Shown here piece after piece: positions 13,575-26,789 of a stretch of DNA of 64,000 bases. The position numbers and the translations under genes are program-made. The notes under the pieces were generated by a model. That model was not told where the DNA came from. It did no database searches and was given only the letters and a program-made list of their open reading frames with translations. The DNA lies in assembly GCF_000143415.4 (NCBI RefSeq), contig NW_003314272.1, positions 163,729-227,728 of the forward strand, read 5' to 3'. The number at the start of each line of letters is the position of its first letter. Position 1 is the first letter of the stretch. Source of the DNA: Selaginella moellendorffii (taxonomy: Eukaryota > Plantae > Lycopodiophyta).

Positions 13575-16500
13575 ATGGCCGAAGCTCCTCTCCCGCCCGA
13601 GAAGGATCTCTACGGCAAGGATGATCTTCACTACCTCAGTTTCTCGGCGCCAGTGCCGACGCTGCCGTTCATCGACATCCATGACTATGTAAGTGTTCCT
13701 TTGAGCAGTGGAGCGGTGCTAAGCTAGGATTGTCGAGCAGGATTTACCGTATGGCGGGAAGAACTTCCTGCACGACACTTTTGCGAAATCGCAGACCACG
13801 CCCAGCCCGTTTCAGTTCAAAGGATCGACTGTGAAGAAGGAAGGAGCGAATTTGCTGTCTTCCCTTACTGGTGTCAAGACCGATGTCACGCGCCACAAGC
13901 ATTGGGTGCCTGGCTGCGGTCGTGTGCGATGTAAGTACGACCAGCAATTCACCGAGGAGGCTGTGAAGCAGCTGGAGGATTTGCTGGATGGGAAAAAGAA
14001 GAGGTCTTCCAAGTCGGGCTCTCAACGCTCGCGCAGGAGTTATGTCTGCTACATGGTGGACGAGTGCGTGGATACAGGAGATTTGGAGGGGCTGGTTTTC
14101 GACTTCGATGCTGACAGTGATACCACAGTTGCTCAAGGTAGCTCCAGCAGCAGTAGTGACGAGGACGATAGCCCCGAAAAGAAGCCTGGAGTTATGGACA
14201 AGTCTCCGAACGAGTACCTTGCTCTCATCAAGGATTCCATGAGCCGTATCGGTCTGCGAACGCAAATGCTACATGACCTTTCGCTCGGTGAATGTCCTCC
14301 GAGAGAGGCACCGGCGTCAGCTCCAGCTCGATCGCAGGGCCAGGGATCTGCCGCCGCCGCTGCTCAAGAAGCGGATTCACCGTATATGTCGCATACAAGC
14401 ATCAGTGTCAAGCAAGCCCGAAAGCTAGTAAGTTCAAGCCTGCATGGAGACTCTTTTTTATATTTTTCTTTTGTGCTTTCCAGGTTGGTGCGATGCACAC
14501 TGATGAGCAGGCTATCGATTTGAGGGACTTGCTGTCCTGGATGGAACAACTGGGTGGGCTCTCTGTTTATTATTCGTGTTTACGAGAGGATTCCTGCTGT
14601 CCAGGTGCTATGGCTGAAGAAAAGAGCAAAGAGTACGAGTCCCGGCAGAGTTTAAAGCCCGAGTCTACAGAACAGATGAAGTCGAGGCTGCAAAACGTGG
14701 GAGGAAGTGACTGGAGACTTCCTGCCTCTCCACCTATCGCTTTACAGCTTGCGAACGAAGATTTGCAAAATCGACTGGCTAATCTGTATCAAGAAAAGGT
14801 TCTCATCATCTGGTTCTACGGTTTGTAAACGTTTGGTGACACTATGTTTGTTGACAGAACTTCCTGAATAACAAAATTCAGAGCTTGAGAAAGGAAGACC
14901 TGGATGTAAGTTCGGCTGTAACAGAGAAGAGCGTTCTTATGTCTGTCTGTTAATGCAGGAATCTCAAAACATGCCGCAGGAGTTTATGTCAGCACTACGG
15001 TCCTTGGTGTGTTTCTCCTTCACCAGCTTAAGGACATATCTTGAGTGGTAAATGCACTTGATTCTGAAAGTCCCGTGATAGGATGGGCTTTAAGCATTGT
15101 TTACTACTTATTCGCAGGAAGAAGACTACGAACTTCTTGGTGACTCAGTGTCGCAAAATCTTGAATCTGCTGAACGTTTGGTACGAAGCTTTCCTTTGAT
15201 TTCCCATTGATTTTGAGTTTCTTTGGTTTGTCAGGAAGAACGATATCAGCTACTTGAGCAACAGCTGAATGCAACCGGTAAAGAGTTTCTTATATTCGTT
15301 GCTCCGCTTCTCAAAAGTTTTGTTCTTTGCTGGCAGGAAATAGTGCCGGCAAACATCTTCACGACATGGTGAAAGTGAAAAATCTACTGGGACCAGATGC
15401 CGTTGAAGGGCTTCAAAAATTACCTCCATCAAGACCTGATTCAGCTTTAAGTGAGGCAGAAAAAACTACACGGGAGGTCACAGAAGATCCTAATAAGAAG
15501 CCAAGGAAAAGCAGAAGTCCCGAAGCGATGCGAGAAGGAGGTGAAGGGGCCGCTTCAAAGCCACCGATTCGGATCCAGTCAAAAGTCTACCCAAGGAAGT
15601 CACCCAGCCCGAAGTTAGGCAAAGGAGACGACGACCGGCGTAGTCCTAGTCCTCTATCTGCCTCTGGAAGTCAGACTCCCGACTCGAGGTCGACAACTAG
15701 AAGTGAAACTGCAAGCCAGGGTAAAAATCTTATACAGATCATCCAGGACGACAAGACGAAGATTATTGAAAGTCGAGATGATGGAAGTGACAAGAGAGTT
15801 AGACGTCCTGCAAGGAAGGATAAAGCTGTTCAAACTGATTCGATTACAGTATCGTCCCTGGTAACTTCATCCTTCTTATATCTTCCTCTGACCATGTTTT
15901 AATTTCAGATGGATGATCATCGTGACTTCGCTGATGAACCACACGTGTCTACGACACACTTGGAGGTGCGTGATTTATTTGGATTCATTCAAATTAGAAA
16001 TGTTGTGTGCACACCAGGCTAAGGCTGCCGAGAAGCCTGAGAAGCCACCCACTCCAGTTCCAACACCCAAACCAACAGTCGCGGACAAAGTTAGTGCCAG
16101 ACCAGAAACACCAACTACAACACCAACTTCAAGCCCAGCAACACCAGCAACAGGAAGTCCTTCAGAGTCTCCTGCGCTGGACGGCGATTCCTCCAAAGTC
16201 AACATGCTTCACAAAGAGCTGGTAAGTCTTAGCTTGGGACCAAAAAAGTTTTTGACGCACAAACTGGGCTTGTTCATGACAGGAAAAATCCAAGAAGCAA
16301 CTCAACTATTACCGGACTCGTAACTGGGCTGAAAAGCACGAGGCTCACGCTGTTCCGATTCCTGTTACTGCGACACGACGCCCAGAAGAACCATTGGCTC
16401 CTGAGGGAGACGTCGGACTTATTTTCGTTTACAACCCAACGTCTGGATTCCATACAATGCTGTCATCGGGCGACGTGGGACAGTCGAAGAACAAAGGTTC

Positions 16501-16675
16501 ACTCATAAGAGGATCCACTATTTACCACCACGATAAGCCAATGTCAGCACCAGCGGGACTTTCCAGGTCCGGTATGCCCATGTCAGTGAGCACCAGCAAC
16601 AGAGTTGTGTCAGCCAGTCAAGTGATGAAACTTATAGCCAAAAGAAGGGAGCAACAACAAGCAGCAAAGAAGTAA
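13575..16675 (+). CDS. Uncharacterised multi-exon protein, S/P/K/E-rich and largely low-complexity
   Basis: ATG 13575; 52-nt intron 13689-13740 joins in frame to ORF 13831; further GT-AG-bounded ORF segments up to the stop at 16675; no recognisable domain. Confidence 0.6.
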
Positions 16676-16728
16676 AAGTTTGTTTTGGGAGGGACAGATG
16701 TAGCAGCAGAAAACGTGTTTCACGCCGT

Positions 16729-17626
16729 CTATCTTCGCATCAAAAGGACAACCGTGTGTGCAGCAATGCTCCGATTCTCACCGAGGCTGTCAACCTTTTC
16801 GTGCGTTTTGGCCTTGATATTGATTACAGACGGGTGCACTCCGAGAAGACTGCAAAGGTTGGCTCGGATTTCTTCTTTGTGTGGGCTTAACTTTGGCCTT
16901 TGCAGGATCAAGGTGGCGTCGAGGTTTCCCAGCTCGTATCCGGCTTCATGCATGCGCTTCACCTGAAGATCTCTACGTTTACATGGAGGCAAACAGAATG
17001 ACGACGGGCTTACCGCTTCTTTCACGAAAACAGAGGAAGCTGCTCCACGCCATCTGGGATCTGTGTCCGGGAAGAGCTGTCCGATATCCGGCAACGAAAG
17101 TGCACCTAGGATGGCGTCCACAACGCAGTGTAGCAACACATCACCTGTGCAGTTCAAAGTTTGAGACAACGAAAATAACAACACCCATGGGTTTAAAAGA
17201 ACAGGATGACAACTCTACCATCGGAGTGAGCTTCGCATCCGCGATCGTGAGGAATGTCTATTCCACCAATCGTGAGGGGCAGTCCGGGTTCCAGCCGATG
17301 CAAGTCAAAGCCGTGTCCAACTCGGAAGGGGAGCACAGGTGCACTTATGGAAGCCGTTCTTCCGGTTTCGACTTCCACGGTCGTCGTTGATGCGCAACAA
17401 ATGGTTCCACGAGCTGCTCTGGAAACTCTCCTGCTCAGCTCGACCCTGCTCGGACTACGAGCGAACGATTCAACGCCATCGTAAAACATGCGCTCGCTAG
17501 AATGAATTCACCACCAAAGCTCTCGGAAATTCGGGCTTACCCACAAGTCGCTGCTCGAATTTCCTTGTGCTGGAACAGAGACGAAGCCGCCGCCAAGGAC
17601 GTCCCTTGTTGCATCATGGTCGCCAT
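16729..17626 (-). CDS. ispF: 2-C-methyl-D-erythritol 2,4-cyclodiphosphate synthase (MEP pathway)
   Basis: RVGHGFDLHRL, EAHSDGDVLLH, LPDIGQLFPD, KAKTHEKVD; exon 1 from ATG 17626 joined in frame by a 44-nt intron (17497-17540). Confidence 0.96.
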
Positions 17627-17920
17627 TCTCCTGCTCTCTTACCTAGAGAGTCGCAATGCTGCTGCCATGGCTTATAAAAGAGGGATTTTTGGAGCATACG
17701 ACGACGACTGGTTGGAGCACGAGATTCGATCCACGGGGATATTCGATTCCTCGTTCGTTGTTCGATCATCCGCCGGCAACTCGAGGATTTCCGGTTCGTT
17801 GTTTTCGATTTCATGTTGTTTTTTTTTTCTTCTCGCAGAACAAAGCAAGCCTTGGAAGATACCACTTCTATTCGATACCCGAGGATATTCCATATCCCGT
17901 TCGTGTGTTCATGACTGGTC

Positions 17921-19368
17921 ATGGCTATGGCGCTTGCTAGCTGCGCTCCAGCAGTCTCAGGTTCGCTTTCGTCCGTTAAATGTCCTTTCCTTTTGTCATG
18001 TGTTATGTTTCTTCTGCATAGGGAGATCCATCTCTGCCAGCGGTAGCATTGCATCTCGGAAGAAAAGATTCCATTGCATGGCTTCGACTGCAGAGGTTTC
18101 TAGCTGGGAAGAATTGTCGGAGAAAGTATCGAGACTGCCGGGATACAATGCAGCGGCAGCAGCTGCCAGGCTCCCAAACGTTCAACAGCGGGATTTTGGT
18201 GATACAAGCATCGCACAGGTTGTTTTCTACAGGGACAACTCGTCCTGGTGCCCGTATTGCCAGAGAGTGTGGCTGCAGCTTGAAGAAAAGAGGATTCCTT
18301 ACAAGGTTGAAAAGATAAACATGAACTGCTATGGACCGAAGCCTGCATGGTATCTCGAGAAGGTACCTTCTGGACTGCTTCCAGCTCTAGAGCTCAAAGG
18401 CCGGCTTTTGACAGAGTCTCTGGACATAATGCTGATACTGGAAGAGGCTTTTCCGGAACGCCATCCTCTTTTGCCACCCAAAGGTTCTCCCAAAGCGAAC
18501 GCCGTGGACGGCTTGCTGAGACTGGAGCGACTTCTCGCTGGCGCGTGGCTGAGCAGGCTGAGAAGCTTTTGGACGAAACCCGGACAGTTCGAACGTGCAA
18601 TGGACGACGTTGATGGCGCTCTTGCGAAGTTCGGTGGCCCATTTTTCCTCGGTGACACGGTAAGCTCTCACACACCGAAGTAGAAGTTTGAAACTGATTA
18701 TAACGCTGTTTCCTCCACAGTTTTCTTTGGTGGACGCTGTTTATGCTCCTTTCCTAGAGAGAATCGCTGCCAGCATGCCTTACTGGCAAGGAGTTATGAT
18801 CCGAGGTGAGACTCGGTGGCCTCATCTGCAGGCCTGGTTTGATGCCATGGACGCGAAGCCAAGTTATCAGGCCGTCAAGTCGGATGACTACACTATAACT
18901 CACACGTTGGAGCCTCAAATAGGAGCTTGCAGAGCACTCCCGGCTGGCGAGGCATACAGAGCCAAAGTTGATGGGAAAGATGGAAGCTGGGATTTGCCAC
19001 TAAAAGCAGAAGTGACAGCGTGGGGACGAGAGGAGGGAAATGGGAATAAAGCGGAGGCAGCACAGACTCTTGTTGACAACAACGCAGCAGTGGTCGGTTT
19101 CGCTCTCCGAGCCCTCAACAGCGATGAAAAGTATCGGGAATCTGTGGATTTGGGATTCCGATGTGTGGCGCAAGCTCTGGTTGACGGAGTTGAAAGTGCA
19201 ACTCCTCCTGCTGTTCCTCAGCATTTTTCCAGAGAGGTGGCGAAAGCCGCTGCATATCTGCGAGACAAAGTCGGCGTACCTCGTGATTTGAGCTATCCGG
19301 CGGCCAGACAGCTCCGAGCTCATTTGCACTGGCTGGTAAAGGCGCTGGGATCGGAGCTCTACCAGTAG
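17921..19368 (+). CDS. Cys-type glutathione S-transferase, iota-class-like, probably plastid-targeted; 3 exons
   Basis: WCPYC active site (FYRDNSSWCPYCQRVWLQLEEKRIPY), SGLLPA, TESLDI; C-terminal extension VGVPRDLSYPAARQLRAHL; introns 17961-18021 and ~18660-18720. Confidence 0.85.
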
Positions 19369-21390
19369 GGAGATTCCATACAAGAAGAGTTTTCCAGGTC
19401 TGATACGTTTCTACACTCCCCGAGGCTAAAGAGTTTTCTCTTTGCAGGAGCGCAGAACACGTTGGAAGCTGCCACAATTTTAAGCTCGAGAACCAAAATG
19501 CGTAAACTTTTGGAGACAGCACCCTGATTTCGTCTGGCTCAAATCTGTCTCACTGGATAGATTAAATCGTCTAAGCAACCGCAGCAGTCACTTCGCAGGA
19601 TTGGCAGCAGCATGGGAGACTAGACGAGCGGGAAAGCAAGAGACTTTTTGGAAGTTTGGTGTGAGGTGATTGCAAGGGGATGCGACAAGCAGGCTGGAAT
19701 CTCATGTTCTCTGGACTGTATGAACTCGGAGCTTGCCAAAGGCTTCCAGGTATGAAATCGAGCCCGGTTGGTGCACAAAGCACTATGCAAGCGACTGTGA
19801 CCAGCCAACCTCGAATTTAGACTTGCCTCTCCCTTTGTAAGTTCGTAGCACAGGACGCTTTCGCTTTCATTTTTGTTTCCTCACTGTTTATTCTCGTCTT
19901 TGCCGGTAGCTTCGGTTTAAGTCAATGGCTCAACAGTGGTATGTTTTTGGAATTCATTTTGAGAGTGTGATCCGTGCAGGCAGGAATGCCGAACAGGAAA
20001 GTTGTCCAAGCTCAGGAAGAGCGTTGGCGGCCTAGAGGCACGTCTTTTGTACGTGTCTGGCTTCAGGCTACGTGATGAGAAGATTCAGCGGATCATGCAG
20101 CGTCGACTGTCCCTGTCAAGAAGTAGCTCGTAAGTTACGTTGCCGGTTTTTCGTTCGATTGGCTTGATAATTTGTTAGCTAACAAACATGCCCCTTATTT
20201 GGTTCTTTTGATCTCGGATCAATCGATCCAGTGATGGTGGCTGCGGTCAATTTTCTCTAGTTGTTAAGCTACCGATTTCGTGGCTTTACGGCCTTGTCTC
20301 AGCGATCTCCATTCGTGCATTCATTTATTTGCAAGGGAATGAGAATGATGGTGGTGATATCTTGCAAGCGATCTATCGCTGGGCTACCATTTATCATTGT
20401 CAAGGCGGTGAAAGAAAGCGAACGAGAGGGAAGCGACGTTCTTGTTTGGGCAAGAACATGGCACAGTCATGGATGATCTCTAATCGTGCTAATAAGAAGC
20501 ATAGGTGCGCTGATAAACTGGATTGTGCGATCTAAAAACTATATGACAAAGAGACAAAGATCAAACTCGCGAAAACTTTGGAAGCACTCCTCTCGCAAGT
20601 TGTTAAACAAGCTTCCTTGAAATGTTCCAAGAGCACAAACAAGTCGAGTTAAAGAACAGTAACTCCACGGCACAGGCTTCGAACCCACGACCGTCTTGTC
20701 CGCCAGCGAGTAAGGCGGGAAAGGTTTTACCGCCACAAGTTTTTAACCCGGGGTTGAGGTGAAGCAAGCAGCAAGGCTAACTAACAAGGCAATATTTTTC
20801 CACCGCATTCAATCTGCCGTTCGTTTATTTAAAGAAAAGCCCGCTAACAAACCGAAAGTATTGTCTGGGAAGGAAAGAATACCTCCATAATGTAGTCGTC
20901 TACGTAGTTTTACCTTTTTCTACGTTTTAGCGCAAAGTGAAAAAGGAAGGAGGCGATTTATTTTGATCCTTCTCTCGTGTGTCTAGTCTGTGTTGAGTGT
21001 TGGCATCCCTGCGCTTGAGTCGGCGCTTTGCCTGCTCCCCCTGTGCCCTACCCTCCCTTTCCACAGCACGGGCAGCGCCTCGGATTCCTCACGGATGATC
21101 GCTTTCCAGCCGCTGGAGGAGGCGCAGCATCGCTAGCGCCAGGGCCAGCGCGGCGCCAGCAGCAGCAGCAGTGAGCGCGCCAGCGGCAGCGATCTAATCG
21201 CGACGAGGCTATCGGCATTGGATTGGAGCGCGCCCGCGCTTCTGATCGTCCCTCTTCTCAGCCTGGAAGAATGTATGAGTAGCAAGGGGCGGGAGCTCGA
21301 GGGCTTTGCGAATTCGAGGTAGGGGCAAATTTCGTGATTTCGTGATGACGAGAATTACAGTGGCAATGTTGGTTGTTCGCAGGGTGTGCA

Positions 21391-24033
21391 ATGGATCGCC
21401 GGAGCTGGCCTTGGAAGAAAAAGTCCTCGGAATCCAAAACTCACGACCTTCCTTTGGAGTCGTCGACTGTTATCTCCTCACGGAGCCATCAGTACCACGA
21501 TGAGCAGTACCAGCAGGTCCTCCTTTGTGTGTGATTTCTTCTCCGCGCATTTCTTATCGGTGGTTTGGTTTTCCCCTTCCAGGCGACGAGGAGCTTTCTC
21601 GAAAAGCCCGTAGATGATCCCGCTGTTGCTCTCCAGCACTGCCAGGAGAAATCCAGGATCTTGAGTGAGAAATTGTCTCTCGCTCTCACGGAAATCACTT
21701 CAAAGGATAACTTGGTCAAGCAGCATGCAAAAGTGGCTGAAGAAGCAGTCTCAGGTAGCTCTCTATTCTTTCTTTTTTCCTTCTTTCCTTCCATCCAGAG
21801 TGTAGTCATGTCAAAATTCTCTCGTGGTACCAGGTTGGGAAAAAGCTGAGACCGAGGCGGCCAACTTGAAGAAGCAGCTGGACGCCTCAACGCAGAAAAA
21901 TGTGTCTTTGGAGAACCGGCTGGCGCACTTGGATGGGGCACTCAAGGAATGCATGCGCGAGCTGAGAAGCGTCCGTGAGGAGCACGAACAAAAGCTACAG
22001 GAAACGCTGGTTAAGAAGGCCAAGGCGTGGGAAAAGGTGAGACAGGAAATGGAGGCCAAGCTTGCGGCTGCAAACGACAGGGCTATCGAATCGGAGGCAC
22101 AGAAGCATGCGCTGAACAGGTCTCTCCAAGAGCGCGCCAAGGCCATCTCCGAGCTAACCGAGGCAAAAGCTCGCGCGGAAGTACAAGCCAATGTAACGCA
22201 AGTCCAACGGGAAGAGGTCGAGAAAGCTTGCGCTGCACTCAAGTACGAAGTCCAGGTTCTAACGAAAGAGGTCGAGATACGCAACGACGAGAAGGATTAC
22301 AACAAGAAGATGGCCGACGTAGTGAGCAAGCAGCAACTGGAAAACGTCAAGAAAATTGCCAAGCTAGAAGCTGAGTGCCAGAGGCTTAGGGGACTAGTAC
22401 GGAAAAAACTACCAGGTCCGGCTGCTGTGGCGCAGATGAGGCTGGAGGTTGACGGGAGCATTAACTCGAGATCAAAATCCATGGGAGCTAGAGTGCCATC
22501 TCCCATAGCCGCAGCGGATTCTGGAGAGGAGGCTTGGCAGGCTGACAACAAAGAAAACGACGCGCTATCGGAGCGACTGCTGGCTATGGAGGAGGAAACT
22601 AAGATGCTGAAAGAAGCCCTGACAAAGAAGAACCAGGAGCTCCAGTCGGCGCGGCTCATGTGTGCGAAAACTGCGAGCAAGCTATCCCTCGTTGAAGAGC
22701 AGCTGGAAAGATCACAGGGACCAGCGGAAGCTGGTGGGACGAAAGCGAAGGCTAACAGCAACGGGAATACGTCTGCCGATAGCTGGGCATCTGCTTTAGT
22801 AGCTCAGCTGGAACAGTTCAAGAAAGGAAAGGACGGCTCATTGCACTCTGAAAAGCTTTTCGAGTCGTCAAACTTTGATCTCATGGACGATTTCACTGAG
22901 ATGGAAAGGTTGGCAACGACTTCGTTCGAGAGCACGACGGATTGCTCCGGCAACGTGGACGAGTCGGATGGGGACGCTGAATTCAACAACTGTATCGTGC
23001 TGCAAGGTGACAACGCCAAGCTCAAGGCCGAGAGGGGAAGCATGGAGCAGGAGCTGAGCTCGGCCAACGAGCGGATCGAGCGGCTCAAGGCGCAGCTGTC
23101 CGAGTCCGAGCAGCTCGTGTCAACTTTACGTGTGCAGCTTGCGTCCATGGAAGAGTCCAAGCAACTGGCCGAGAATCAGCTGGCAGCGATGGCTAACGTG
23201 AAAGACGAGCTGGAATCGAAAGTCCGGGCTTCGTGCGCAGAGATGGGACATTTACAGGAAAAGATTCTGGCTCTAGAGAACGAGCTCCAAGAGCAACGAC
23301 ATCGGCATGAGCAAGTAATGAGCAGCGTACAATCGCACGTCTCACAGTAAGTGTTCGTTTGCTTTCTCTGAAAATGACTCGCTAATAACTTTGTATCAGG
23401 GGAGGAGCTTCCGAAAACTCTGATCCCGGGCGTTTGCAAGTAAGTGAGAGTGACGTCTTTCCTTCTTTCTCTGATCGAACGAAAGCTTACAAACTTTTTG
23501 GGACGCAGGAACGAGAGATTGCGGCAGCCGCTGAAAAGCTAGCCGACTGCCAACGAACTATCATGGCCCTGGGAAAGCAGCTCCACTCGCTCTCGGTTCC
23601 GACGGGCTCGTCCTCCAAGGGATCCCTCGATTTTTCCGAGACGTCCATGTCACCAGCGGACGCAAGCCATCATCAGCGTCGGCCGGAGGAGTCTTTCGCT
23701 CTAAAGCCCGAAGCAATCCACTCGGAGAGCGATGACGAGGAGCTCCAATGGAAAGTCCAACGCTCGGCCAGTGACATGAGTCGGCTCAGGAGCGTTGCTC
23801 GAGAGAACATCCGGAGGCAGGAAATCTACTGGAGCTCTGCCTTGTCGCCGGAGGCTGCGGCATCGTCGCTCGATAGCAGCAACAGCAGCACCACCACCAC
23901 CAACGGTGAGAAGCAGCAAAGCCAGAGGAAGCTGAGCCAGGATGGAGATTTCTTCGCGTGCTCGCCGGCGTCTGCTTACTCCAAGAACTCGGGATTCAGC
24001 AGGTTTTTCCATCGCAGAGCGAGCCTTCACTGA
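21391..24033 (+). CDS. FPP: Filament-like plant protein (DUF869 coiled-coil)
   Basis: MDRRSWPWKKKSS start, KQHAKVAEEAVSGWEKAE, HLDGALKECMR, ECQRLRGLVRKKLPGPAA, AAEKLADCQRTI. Confidence 0.93.
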
Positions 24034-24179
24034 AGCTAGAGGCTGTACGATAGTGGAGTTTTGAAGCTGTGTAAAAAAGATGGTAATAACTTCCCTTCGT
24101 TTATCGGAAGACCGTCTTCCTTGCGTAAAGAAAGATTTCTCTTTGCTGCTCCTTCAGTGTACAAAAGAATCGTGTTTGT

Positions 24180-25478
24180 CTACTTGAGCTTCGAACAGAA
24201 ATCTGGGAGGTCTAGAACTTGGACGCGAGTGATAGCAGCTGCTGCCTCGCGTTCCGCCGGTGTGTTGTATCCCCAGTTACCTGGAACGAGTGGAAGTTCT
24301 TTTCTAGCCAAAGAAATCGAGCAGACATACCAAGGTACAAGTTCCATCTGTCAAGAGCGGGGTCCTTGATCACATTATGAAGTGTGGCCAACCTGTCTTC
24401 CACAAAACTGGGAAAGAAAGGTGATAATTTTCATTAGAACAAGGAGAGCATCACGATCTTACTGGAGAATCATTCCCTGGTGCTCTGGACGACTTTGGAG
24501 TTGCTTCAATACCTCCACCTTCGGCCTGGAACAAAACCGAAGCTAGATAATATAGAAAAGATTTCGAACTTTATACCCAGTGCCAAGACCAAATATTTTG
24601 TCTGTAGGAAAATCGACACCACCTAGCTCTTTAAGCAATGTTGCAGCGAAACGAGCCTGGAAAAAAGCGTTTTGCATTTCTAAAGACTCTTTCTTGGGGC
24701 GAGTACCTGCTTTGTAGTAACAATAAAAACTTGAGACGTCGCGAACTTCAAAGAATCAGCTGTTCCAGGGTAGAACCTGCAACGCAGAATTTTGTCACTG
24801 AAGTAGTAGTGCGTGACTCGATTCTTAAAATCATAATATCATACCTGTTTGCACTGATCCAAGTCCCGAGGTCTTTCGAGATCCATTCGTCTCTCACTTT
24901 GCCAAAAAGCTCAACCAGCTCGTCTCTACTGGCTTCACCCCATTCCTTCATCAGCACAGGCTTGAGCTTCTCCCAATTCTCCAAGACTCCTTCCACTGTC
25001 AATCCATTCACCACCTGTGGATAGATTTTCACTCTGGAGAAACAAAGTAGAAACAGCAACTAGAGTTCTTACCGAGGATTTTCCACGGTGAGGTTCCTTG
25101 AGCTCCAGCAACAATCTCACCAGCAGAACATTCTCATAGCCAGTTTCTACAACTGGTCTAACCTGGAAAAGGAAAGAGAAGAGAAAAAAAAGGAAGAATG
25201 GCTGCCTGTTTGATTCGAAGGAAACGATCGCCTTACAGTCCGCATGCTGTCGAGAATCCATGCATCCGTCTCAGCGCTCACATTCGCGAAAAGCTCCGGC
25301 CATCTCAATTTCGCGGCCTGCAAGAGAAACCACACTTGGAAGCACAATCTCAAGAGGAGGAGCGTGTCGATCGATCAGGACTTGCGCCTACCTTGAGCGC
25401 CGAAATGGAGCTCTCTCCGCAGCTGTCGCAGAGAACGCCGTCAAAATCCAGAGCGTAGAGGTGAGCTCCTTCTGCCAT
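24180..25478 (-). CDS. HAD-superfamily hydrolase (At2g45990-like), copy A, multi-exon
   Basis: MAEGAHLYALDFDGVLCDSCGE, RPVVETGYEN, FVEDRLATL, WGYNT. Confidence 0.88.
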
Positions 25479-25525
25479 AGCTGACAAAGTAAATAGAAAA
25501 ATAGGGTTCTTCGTCTAGCTAGGCA

Positions 25526-26789
25526 ATGGCGGAGCATCTCTACGCCTTGGATTTCGACGGTGTGCTATGCGACAGCTGCGGCGAGGCATCGATCGCTGGC
25601 CTGGAGGTTTGTAATCATCCGATCGATTGAATGTGTGCTTTTTCGTCGTTGATTCATGTGAAGTTCATCAGGCCGCGAAGCAGCGATGGCCAGAGCATTT
25701 CAAGCGCGTCGACGCACAGCGCGAGGCCGAGATTCTCGAGAGAATGCACACGGTAAGATGAATCGACGGGAGTCCATGCATTGAAATTTGGATCGCAGGT
25801 AAGACCAGTGGTGGAGACGGGTGACGATTTCTTGCTACTCGCTCGTGTGCTGGCCAAAGTCGAAAATGGAACCTCGGTAAGATTTTTTATTTTTATTTTT
25901 ATTTTTGTCTTTGTTCGTGCTGTTCTAGAGCAAAGTTCTTTCGTATTCCAATGTAGATTGCGTCTCACCTCGACGAGGAGAACATCCTCGAGTCTTGGAC
26001 CGAGTCGATAAAGCGATCGTTTATGGAAGAGATTGGAGAAGCACGCCACAAGCAGGAGCTGGAAGATCTTCTGGGAAGCGTGAGGGACGCCTGGATCTCG
26101 CGTGATGTACACGGATGGCTCAAGACTAACAGGTGCTTTCACGTTTTTTCTCCGGCTTGAGATTTCTAACACACGGACTCCAGGTTCTACCCAGGAATCT
26201 CGGATGCAATCAAGTTCTCCTCGTCCAAACTGTTTATCGTTACTACGAAGGAGGTATTTATCTATGCAGCTTGTCTTGAGTGATGAATCCCTCTTCCAGG
26301 CGAGGTTTGTGACAATGTCACTCAAGGAGCTGGCAGGAGTGGACTTCCCAGAGGAGAATATATATGGACTGGGATCCGGGTATTTTACTGCTTTCTTTCT
26401 CAGACGTGCGTTTATATATTTTCTTCCAGTCCTAAGGTTGAGGTATTGAAGAAACTCCAGAACCGGGCAGAGCACCGAGGAATGACACTTCAGTACGTGT
26501 GATTTTGTTTCGATTTTACGTGCACTCAACCTTTTTGTTTCGTTGCTCCAGTTTTGTGGAGGACAGGCTTTCAACCTTGTTGAATGTGATCGATGATCGA
26601 GTGTTGAATAATTGGAACTTGCACCTTGGTGAGCATGAGAATCACATGTCGATTACGAAAATAAAGTTTTGCGTCTATCTGTTTGCAGCTAGCTGGGGTT
26701 ACAACACTCCCACAGAACGGGAGGAAGCTTCAAAAAAACCGCGCATCGAAGTACTGGAATTGGCGGACTTTTGCTCCAAACTGAATTGA
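25526..26789 (+). CDS. HAD-superfamily hydrolase (At2g45990-like), copy B, multi-exon
   Basis: MAEHLYALDFDGVLCDSCGE, RPVVETGDD, FVEDRLSTL, WGYNT; exon layout matches copy A. Confidence 0.88.

Noticed and set aside
21050-21125. Possible miRNA hairpin (contains TTCCACAGC, as in miR396)
   Set aside because: Only 9 nt match and the stems are too short for a pre-miRNA
25654-26574. 306-aa minus-strand ORF
   Set aside because: Antisense to the spliced HAD copy B, runs through its introns, no recognisable motifs
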